Below the pieces are notes generated by a model that saw only the letters and a list, made by a program, of their open reading frames with translations, had not been told where the DNA came from and did not search any database. Position numbers and translations under genes: made by a program. A stretch of 22,905 nucleotides of DNA, from IMG/VR virus record IMGVR_UViG_2571042690_000020; one strand, given 5' to 3'. The stretch comes from a virus (lineage: Duplodnaviria > Heunggongvirae > Uroviricota > Caudoviricetes). This document shows, one piece after another, positions 16,829 through 22,905 of the stretch; position 1 is the first letter of the stretch, and each line of letters begins with the position of its first letter.

Positions 16829-17194
16829 TTACTTCGTCATGCCATTCAGGGTGTCGCGGCAGACTGTAGCCAGCCGCTGAATTTCCAGCACGGTGTCTTC
16901 TGTGTCGGCATGGCGATGTGTGATGCGGATGCTGTCGGCAATCACATCGACGATTGCAGAGGATGGGCGCTGGTAAATGCCAATAACGGACGGGGTGCCA
17001 CCTTCAATGCGGTAAAGCCTGTAATTTCCCTCGTGGCTGTCAATCATGTAGCGACCATCAATAACAATCTTTCCGTCAGCGAGCTGCGGTACAGGCAGGG
17101 ATTTCAGGTACATGTCATAACGATCACGCACGCGAGCGGCAAGATCACGTTCTGTATTGAGCAGGTATTCAAGAAAGTCGTTGGCGAGAATCAT
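16829..17194 (-). CDS. Hypothetical early-operon protein
   Basis: 121-aa ORF with an AAGAGGA RBS, stopping 4 nt before the A start. Confidence 0.55.
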   Translation of the reverse strand: MILANDFLEYLLNTERDLAARVRDRYDMYLKSLPVPQLADGKIVIDGRYMIDSHEGNYRLYRIEGGTPSVIGIYQRPSSAIVDVIADSIRITHRHADTEDTVLEIQRLATVCRDTLNGMTK

Positions 17195-17266
17195 TGCGGC
17201 AATCCTCTTGTTACAGATGTGCGAAGGCCTCCCGCCGCAAGGTGCAGGAAAGGCCCGGAACAGGAA

Positions 17267-17497
17267 TTAATGGAGTTTGTTTTGCTGCTGGATGAGCTGT
17301 TGAAGCTCGTGCAGATCATCCGCCAGATAGCTGAAAACAGAGGCGGAATAAATGTTTGATAGTGCGTGGCTGCGCTCATGCAGCATATTGATGTGCATGA
17401 TTTGCGCGACGCGTGATGCGCGGGAAAGTCTGCGGTTGATTTCAGTCTGGATGTGACGACGCTCCGCGATAGCGCGGTGCTGTTTGCGGTTTGCCAT
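17267..17497 (-). CDS. Hypothetical small basic protein
   Basis: 76-aa ORF with an AAGGGG RBS. Confidence 0.5.
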   Translation of the reverse strand: MANRKQHRAIAERRHIQTEINRRLSRASRVAQIMHINMLHERSHALSNIYSASVFSYLADDLHELQQLIQQQNKLH

Positions 17498-17676
17498 GGT
17501 GTGGCCCCTTGTGTAGTAAGTTGTGAAAACTCACCATCCAGAGCTGCGAAACTGTGGGTGGCGAGACGTACGAGGTTCGCAGTACCGGCTACACAAGAAC
17601 CCGGCCCGACCGAAGTCGGCCCCGTACGCCCCGCCATAATTCTGACGCGAAAAAAACGTGGCAATACAGTACGCAC

Positions 17677-17698
17677 AAAAAAACCGCTGGCGCGGTTG
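17677..17698 (-). terminator. Intrinsic terminator (minus strand) downstream of the 17820..18119 gene
   Basis: On the minus strand the region reads AACCGC-GCCA-GCGGTT followed by TTTTTTTT. Confidence 0.45.
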
Positions 17699-17819
17699 TG
17701 CGCTTGTGTAGTCAGCAGGCTGCGAAACCCGGCACCCGTTTTATGAGGTGCAGCGGAAATGTAACCTGACTGATTGCGGCATGGCAAGCGGTTTTTTTGT
17801 GTGTGCATGCTCTGGTTTC

Positions 17820-18119
17820 TTACTGGTTCAGAAAAAAATCAAAAACCTTGTCAATACGTTGCAGCAGCTCTTGCTGTATTGCTTCCGGCGTTTCCGGTTC
17901 GCCTGGCACCTCCAATGTCGCGCAGAAATCAGCGATTTCATGATGGAGCGTCAGGCGAATGGCAGGAGCCGTGGTTCTGGCGTGCTCCAGCTCATCCAGC
18001 AATGCCAGCGCAGCAGACGGCGAGAGCATTGCGCGAAATGCCAGTAATTTTTGAGGTGTTGCCATTCGTTGCAGGGCAAATGCCAGTTCGCGTAGCTTCT
18101 GGTGGTTGATGGTGCTCAT
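17820..18119 (-). CDS. Hypothetical early-operon protein
   Basis: 99-aa ORF whose ATG overlaps the upstream stop (ATGA). Confidence 0.55.
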   Translation of the reverse strand: MSTINHQKLRELAFALQRMATPQKLLAFRAMLSPSAALALLDELEHARTTAPAIRLTLHHEIADFCATLEVPGEPETPEAIQQELLQRIDKVFDFFLNQ

Positions 18120-18382
18120 GTTCTGGCTTCCTTCAGTAGCTGGTTAAACATGTGAGTAAGTGGATTGCTACACCCGAACGGCATCGGGTTTACGTGGTAA
18201 GAAGCCTGGCCTCCAGTTTTGCGAGCGCGACCACCTGTGCTGCGGTTTGTTCTGATGACTAAGCCGCCGCGCCAAAGTTGGCGTAACTCAGCATTAATGG
18301 CTGTGGTTGGAGTATTCAGTGCTGCGGCGATCTCTCCGCCGCTACACCCCGGATGAGTAGCGATGTAGTCCAGAATGGTCAT
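18116..18382 (-). CDS. Putative winged-helix DNA-binding protein
   Basis: 88 aa, translationally coupled at both ends (ATGA overlaps). The N-terminal region (ILDYIATHPGCSGGEIAAALN) looks like a wHTH. Confidence 0.5.
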   Translation of the reverse strand: MTILDYIATHPGCSGGEIAAALNTPTTAINAELRQLWRGGLVIRTNRSTGGRARKTGGQASYHVNPMPFGCSNPLTHMFNQLLKEART

Positions 18383-18582
18383 CTGCGTGGCTCCTGTACC
18401 TGTCGGATAAGGTTTACCCGCGCCACATTAGTGGCGCAGAAGTAAGTGCCGTCAGTGAGGTAGATGTGGTGTGCATCCTTTTCCGAACGATGTTTGTCGA
18501 TAGTGGTAATCAGGCGTTCGTCGACCTCGTATTCGCGCCCTCTGGAGGTAAAGCGAACGACGGGAAAATGCTTAATTGCCAT
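18379..18582 (-). CDS. Hypothetical small protein
   Basis: 67-aa ORF with an AAGGGGG RBS. Confidence 0.5.
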   Translation of the reverse strand: MAIKHFPVVRFTSRGREYEVDERLITTIDKHRSEKDAHHIYLTDGTYFCATNVARVNLIRQVQEPRR

Positions 18583-18605
18583 TGCGCCCCCTTTGTCCAG
18601 TAACT

Positions 18606-19016
18606 CTATGCGTTAAATACGGTGCACTGTGCGTCATCAATGAATGCGACTTGAGAGCGCTCTATCAGGCGGAGATTTGTCAGAATTTCTGATTCCCTTA
18701 TGGGGTGAGGAGTGATCAGGTATTTATCCTGTAACCCGGCGATAATGGTGTATCGCTGTAGCTCCGAGCCAATTGTGTAAATAAGGCGTCCGGTGTTAGA
18801 CAAATCCAGTCCGGTGACTGGTTGTGTTCTGAGAACCGCCAGTTCAGCATCCTGTTTTGCGATAATTTCGGCTGCTTCTGCCGTGACTCTTGCGACTATC
18901 AGTGTGTGGGTTGCGACGTCCATATGATTATTTGCTATGGCTTTTTTCGCTACTTCGTTTTCTGTCTTTGAAATTTCTTTCAGTGCTCTGATGATACCTT
19001 CTTCTTTTGCGTGCAT
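18606..19016 (-). CDS. Hypothetical early-operon protein
   Basis: 136-aa ORF with a GGAGA RBS. Confidence 0.55.
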   Translation of the reverse strand: MHAKEEGIIRALKEISKTENEVAKKAIANNHMDVATHTLIVARVTAEAAEIIAKQDAELAVLRTQPVTGLDLSNTGRLIYTIGSELQRYTIIAGLQDKYLITPHPIRESEILTNLRLIERSQVAFIDDAQCTVFNA

Positions 19017-19108
19017 TTTTGTATCTCCGTTATTTGCGTGTGCGAATACCTCCGTTAATACGGATGGTTTTCACGTTTTCTTATTTAATTTGATGTTTTA
19101 TTTGTATC

Positions 19109-19223
19109 GTTATTCACCAGTGAAAAAACGTTCAATCTTTTTTACTGAATGAATAATTCGCACAATGCCAATTGCGCAGACCACTGAAATAATCAGAACA
19201 ATCCATGACATAAATATACTCAT
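19109..19223 (-). CDS. Candidate 37-aa single-TM peptide (MSIFMSWIVLIISVVCAIGIVRIIHSVKKIERFFTGE)
   Basis: Not in the ORF track because it is shorter than the cutoff. Its ATG overlaps the upstream gene stop (ATGA at 19220-19223); hydrophobic core followed by a basic tail. Confidence 0.35.
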
Positions 19224-19462
19224 GCGATATTCCCCAGCTTATACGGTTCAATATGTTCCCCGCATTCTGCGGCACAGATCAGCTCGGAAAGTTCGTTAAG
19301 TGCATCCAGATCATCAGCGTAAAAAGCCACGTCATACAGACTCCGGATTGCCCTGGTCAATGAGTCACGGGCTGCACGTTCAGCATGAGCGCCTGATGCA
19401 CTTAAGCGAAAATAAAAACGCTCAAGTGCTTTGTTAATGAGAGTTTTATATTCTTTGCCCAT
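19220..19462 (-). CDS. Hypothetical protein
   Basis: Internal ATG at 19462 preferred. The ORF-track start at 19513 is a TTG and would overlap the upstream gene. Confidence 0.45.
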   Translation of the reverse strand: MGKEYKTLINKALERFYFRLSASGAHAERAARDSLTRAIRSLYDVAFYADDLDALNELSELICAAECGEHIEPYKLGNIA

Positions 19463-19473
19463 CGCAACGCCCT

Positions 19474-19752
19474 TTAATCTGCTTTCTGAATTTCTGCTTC
19501 TGAATCCATACAAATAATTTCGATATAGGGTTCATCGCCATTAGTCTTACGTGCTTTTTCCGCTTCGCTAATGATTTCGTGTACAGTCTGGTACGGAAGT
19601 TCTACGGTCAGGCGCGTGCCGTTCAGATAAACGTAAGTAGCTGCATTTTTTTCGGATGGAACAACTCCGTCAATGGCTGATGCGCGTAATAACAGTTCAC
19701 CGCGAAAATCAATAAAACGGATAAATACACCTTGTGCATGCTCTTTGGTCAT
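19474..19752 (-). CDS. Hypothetical protein
   Basis: Internal ATG at 19752 with an AGGTG RBS. The ORF-track start at 19812 is a TTG overlapping the upstream gene. Confidence 0.5.
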   Translation of the reverse strand: MTKEHAQGVFIRFIDFRGELLLRASAIDGVVPSEKNAATYVYLNGTRLTVELPYQTVHEIISEAEKARKTNGDEPYIEIICMDSEAEIQKAD

Positions 19753-19762
19753 AAAGCACCTG

Positions 19763-20113
19763 TTATAAATCAGCCTGTTTAATAAAACTTTGCCCGTGAA
19801 GCAGACGATCAACCGTGCGAAGTGCTTCGTATAATGTGAAATCCTGCCCGAACTGATTGTCGCCGTTGCTCAGTGCAAAAATGCGGTTTCCGGTAAATGG
19901 GTTGCGCTGGCATCTGTGAACCACGATTCCTGCTTTTTCAATCAGCCAAGTGTGTTCACCAATTTGTTTTACTGGGTAGCCATCCGGCGTTGCGTGTGTT
20001 TCGCTCAGGCTGTAGCGAGAGTTGCTACGTGATGCACTGGTAGCGAAACGGTTAGCATGGCGTTCCGCACCGTTGCGGAAGCGCTGCTGTGAAGAATTGC
20101 GCTGTAGTTTCAT
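19763..20113 (-). CDS. Hypothetical protein
   Basis: 116-aa ORF with an ATG start, the first gene after a divergent intergenic region. Confidence 0.5.
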   Translation of the reverse strand: MKLQRNSSQQRFRNGAERHANRFATSASRSNSRYSLSETHATPDGYPVKQIGEHTWLIEKAGIVVHRCQRNPFTGNRIFALSNGDNQFGQDFTLYEALRTVDRLLHGQSFIKQADL

Positions 20114-20250
20114 ATTAAAACTCTGTACCTTCGGTAAGGTGTACTCGTGTCACCTTGTATTGATTTGTGGTATTTTTTTTGTGTGTCTAGGACTTGGACT
20201 GGCCGGTTCAGGTCCTGGCTTATGTTTAATTAAATTGTTAAGAGGTTTTC

Positions 20251-20442
20251 ATGTCAGAAGATAAAAAAGTTGTTAATTTGTTGAGTGAACTTAGTGCTGC
20301 TCTGGATAACATTAACCCTCCCAGGGTAAAAACGACGGGTGATAAAGACGCATTAAACACAGAGATTCATATATTACTGGCGTTAGTAACTGACAAAATT
20401 CAGCGTAAATACCCACCTGTCACACAACTGGTTGATTTTTAA
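20251..20442 (+). CDS. Hypothetical small protein (63 aa), plus-strand gene embedded in the minus-strand early region
   Basis: AAGAGG RBS 8 nt upstream of the ATG. AT-rich; convergent with the 20449..20871 gene. Confidence 0.45.
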   Translation: MSEDKKVVNLLSELSAALDNINPPRVKTTGDKDALNTEIHILLALVTDKIQRKYPPVTQLVDF

Positions 20443-20448
20443 TTTGAT

Positions 20449-20871
20449 TTATGCCGGGCTGCTCCCGGCATCTTCTAGCTGCCATAATGTCTCGTCACCT
20501 GATAGAGCAAAACGAAATGAGTGAAGTATATCCCCCCGAGAGAAGCTCACGGCTACAGCTGCGGGAAAGTCAAATATAATCCCACCTTCATTTTTAAAAC
20601 GATTACGCAATTGATAGGCTATCGGTTTGATTTGTGCAGGAAGAGTATCTATATCTCTTCCATTGACAACAGAATCTTTGTTTTCAAGTACTGATTTAGC
20701 GATTAGATATAGATGCCAGTAACTGGTTACAATTGTTACTCCTGTGATGTGTCGTAAATTAATTGCAATTCGTCCGTTATTATGTTTTTCCGCAAGGTAT
20801 TTCAGGTTATCAATTAATGCTTGGTCATTTTTTGAAATAGTTATTGTGAAATCTGACGTGTTTGTTTTCAT
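20449..20871 (-). CDS. Hypothetical protein (cargo/moron candidate)
   Basis: Internal ATG at 20871, 5 nt after the Cox-like stop. The longer ORF-track form (to 21114) overlaps the Cox-like gene. AT-rich. Confidence 0.45.
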   Translation of the reverse strand: MKTNTSDFTITISKNDQALIDNLKYLAEKHNNGRIAINLRHITGVTIVTSYWHLYLIAKSVLENKDSVVNGRDIDTLPAQIKPIAYQLRNRFKNEGGIIFDFPAAVAVSFSRGDILHSFRFALSGDETLWQLEDAGSSPA

Positions 20872-20875
20872 ACGA

Positions 20876-21397
20876 TTAGTTGCCTCTGTTGTTTCTGAGT
20901 TGGTCCAGTTTTGAGCTTCTGCCTGTATAAACTCGCTTACCGTTAATGGTCTGGCAGTCTTCTTTATTAGCTGGAGAGAACTTCCTTTTCTGGCGGTCAT
21001 ACGTCCAGTAACTTTTCCAGTTGTGCCATTCTGGGGGCTCGTGCTCTGGTAGCTCATCAGCCAACTTGTCCCACTCTTTGGCGTTAAACCACCATACTCC
21101 GTCTGAGTTTTCATCTTCCGGGTTTGTGCGCGTCTTGTGTCCCGGCATTTGACCGCGATGAATGGCTACGCGCAGTGCAGATTTTGTTAGCCCAATATAT
21201 GCCGCGCCTTTTTCCAGAGAGCAAAGCCCGGCGATCGGACCATCCAGCCGCAAAGTCGCTCCTTTTTTGTAGGAACGCTTTTTCTTGTTTTCTTCGTGCT
21301 CGTCGTCGTTGGCGGCATCAATGGATCCGCTGAGTGCGTCACTTTCCTGAAGTGGTTGGTGGTCAGATAACTCTTTATCGGCAATGAAGTCCCGCAT
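20876..21397 (-). CDS. Cox/Apl-like DNA-binding regulator with extended termini
   Basis: 173-aa ORF, first gene of the early operon, divergent from the repressor. AAGAGGA RBS. HTH-like segment LTKSALRVAIHRGQMPG. Confidence 0.5.
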   Translation of the reverse strand: MRDFIADKELSDHQPLQESDALSGSIDAANDDEHEENKKKRSYKKGATLRLDGPIAGLCSLEKGAAYIGLTKSALRVAIHRGQMPGHKTRTNPEDENSDGVWWFNAKEWDKLADELPEHEPPEWHNWKSYWTYDRQKRKFSPANKEDCQTINGKRVYTGRSSKLDQLRNNRGN

Positions 21398-21457
21398 TTG
21401 TTATCCTCTTGCGTTGGTGCGCTTGTCGCGCCTTGTGATGGTTTGTTTTGGCTTGTA

Positions 21458-21479
21458 AAGATAACCAAAAGGTTATCTT
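21458..21479. promoter_or_regulatory. Operator palindrome AAGATAACC-AAAA-GGTTATCTT in the immunity switch region
   Basis: Perfect 9-bp inverted arms between the divergent Cox-like and repressor genes. A further GGTTATCT half-site overlaps the repressor start at 21504-21511. Confidence 0.55.
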
Positions 21480-21501
21480 TGTGCGAGAGGTTAATACTCA
21501 A

Positions 21502-21843
21502 ATGGTTATCTTGTCAATAGACTACGCAAAAAAGTTACGTCAGATACGTAAGGCGGAAGGGTTAACACAAAAGCAGTTTGCGGATATTACTGGGTTGTCT
21601 TTGGCAACCATAAGGAATTACGAATCGGGGCAAAAGAACGCTAGAGCAAAAATCGTTGAGGCGGTTCTGCAAGTCGATCGCTTTGAAAAATACATGCTGT
21701 GGCTAATAAAAGATAAGACGCTACCTGTCGCCGGGCAGATTGCTCCGGCTCTCTCTCTTGATGGATCTATTCAGTCGGAGGGCGATCAGGTTTCAATCGG
21801 TATTACCCAAAAATCACCCCGATCAGGCCGCAATGTTGGCTGA
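21502..21843 (+). CDS. C: Immunity repressor, P2 C-like (XRE-type HTH)
   Basis: HTH block (LTQKQFADITGLSLATIRNYESGQ) and a GQIAPAL motif shared with P2 C as I recall it. Start set at ATG 21502; the ORF-track start at 21448 is a TTG that would span the operator. Confidence 0.7.
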   Translation: MVILSIDYAKKLRQIRKAEGLTQKQFADITGLSLATIRNYESGQKNARAKIVEAVLQVDRFEKYMLWLIKDKTLPVAGQIAPALSLDGSIQSEGDQVSIGITQKSPRSGRNVG

Positions 21844-21912
21844 CTCTACACATTGAGCGAATTACATATCGCAAGGAGTGTTTAGTTAATTTATCCGTTG
21901 GAGGGGCTAATC

Positions 21913-22905
21913 ATGTCGATTAAGCAACTCAAAGACGGACGTTATCAGGTCGATGTCAGACCGCAGGGGGCGGAAGGAAAGCGGATTCGAAAAATCTTTG
22001 CCCTGAAATCAAAGGCTCAGGAGTTTGAGAAGTATGTGTTACAGAACTTTCATGACAAGCCATGGCAGGCTAAGCCAGCTGATCAGCGGCGATTATCAGA
22101 GCTGCTTGATGCGTGGTGGATGCTTGATGGGCGTAATCAGGCTTACGGGGATAGCTACAGGGTTAGGCTAGGGAAGGTTGTTCGTGAAATGGGAGATCCT
22201 CGCGCCAGTCAGATGACGCGAAAATTTATGCTTGAATATCGGTCAGAGAAATTACAGGCCGGATTAATGCCGTCCAGTATTAATCGTGACTTATGCGTAC
22301 TGTCTACCATGTTCACGGTGCTGATTGAAGCTGAGGTCTTTCACAACGCGAACCCTGTACGCGGTATACGAAAACTGAAAGTTCAGAACACAGAGATGGC
22401 CTTTCTTTCTGATGATGAGATTGAACGGCTTCTTGAGCGACTGGAGGGTGATGTGCGTCGTGTTGCCATTCTGTGTCTTTCTACTGGTGCCCGATGGAGT
22501 GAAGCATCGGAACTACGTGGAGAGCATATCGTTGGCAACCGGGTGACGTTCTTTAACACCAAAAACGGAAAATCCCGTTCGGTTCCTGTGGCGGATTCGG
22601 TCGTGCCTCTGATTAAAACCCGTCGAACGGGGTTATTGTATCAGGTTGATTATCTGAAGTTCCGGGAGATTCTTCAGGAGGTGAAACCGGATTTGCCGAA
22701 GGGGCAGGCTACGCATGTCATGCGTCATACATTTGCCACACACTTTATGATGAATGGCGGAAATATTGTTACGTTGCAACGAATCCTGGGGCACGCAACG
22801 ATTCAGCAAACAATGACGTACGCTCATTTTTCGCCGGACTTTTTACTGGACGCGATCAACTTTAATCCGCTGGCTGAAAGTGTCCATAAACTGTCCATCG
22901 ATTAG
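21913..22905 (+). CDS. int: Tyrosine recombinase/integrase (P2-type)
   Basis: 330 aa from ATG 21913 with a GAGGGG RBS. C-terminal catalytic region with HxxR...Y context (HVMRHTFATHF...TMTYAH), immediately downstream of the repressor as in P2. Confidence 0.85.
   Translation: MSIKQLKDGRYQVDVRPQGAEGKRIRKIFALKSKAQEFEKYVLQNFHDKPWQAKPADQRRLSELLDAWWMLDGRNQAYGDSYRVRLGKVVREMGDPRASQMTRKFMLEYRSEKLQAGLMPSSINRDLCVLSTMFTVLIEAEVFHNANPVRGIRKLKVQNTEMAFLSDDEIERLLERLEGDVRRVAILCLSTGARWSEASELRGEHIVGNRVTFFNTKNGKSRSVPVADSVVPLIKTRRTGLLYQVDYLKFREILQEVKPDLPKGQATHVMRHTFATHFMMNGGNIVTLQRILGHATIQQTMTYAHFSPDFLLDAINFNPLAESVHKLSID

Noticed and set aside
17191-17808. 205-aa minus-strand ORF spanning the non-coding gap
   Set aside because: No RBS, odd amino-acid composition, runs through terminator-like hairpins and overlaps the better-supported 17267..17497 gene; most likely a chance ORF in GC-rich DNA.
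1-22905. CRISPR arrays, rRNA or tRNA genes
   Set aside because: No regularly spaced direct repeats with unique spacers and no rRNA- or tRNA-like segments were seen; an integrase-associated tRNA, if any, would lie beyond the right edge.

Overview
This window is a mosaic temperate-phage (prophage) segment, mostly P2/186-like in gene order, read here by eye from the sequence and the ORF track with no database search. From left to right: (i) a lambdoid-type late-region fragment on the minus strand, with a phage-21-like dual-start pinholin (1..216) and a NanS-p-like sialate O-acetylesterase (689..2167); (ii) a P2-like lysis cassette (holin, M15 peptidase endolysin, overlapped i-/o-spanins) and head genes X, L, M, N, O on the minus strand, facing terminase P and portal Q on the plus strand; (iii) a cargo island between the portal and replication gene A (about 9.9-13.95 kb), holding a hypothetical gene, a strongly AT-rich two-gene membrane-protein operon preceded by a short uORF and an intrinsic terminator, and a ParM/ParR-like actin-type partition module; (iv) the HUH replication gene A, a run of small early-operon genes, a Cox-like regulator, a C-type repressor with an operator palindrome, and a tyrosine integrase at the right edge. 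No rRNA, tRNA or CRISPR array was seen. The best candidate for an undescribed system is the AT-rich membrane operon with its attenuator-like leader; the duplicated lysis functions and the partition module inside an integrative prophage are the other unusual points. All functional calls rest on remembered family signatures and synteny and should be confirmed by homology and structure searches.
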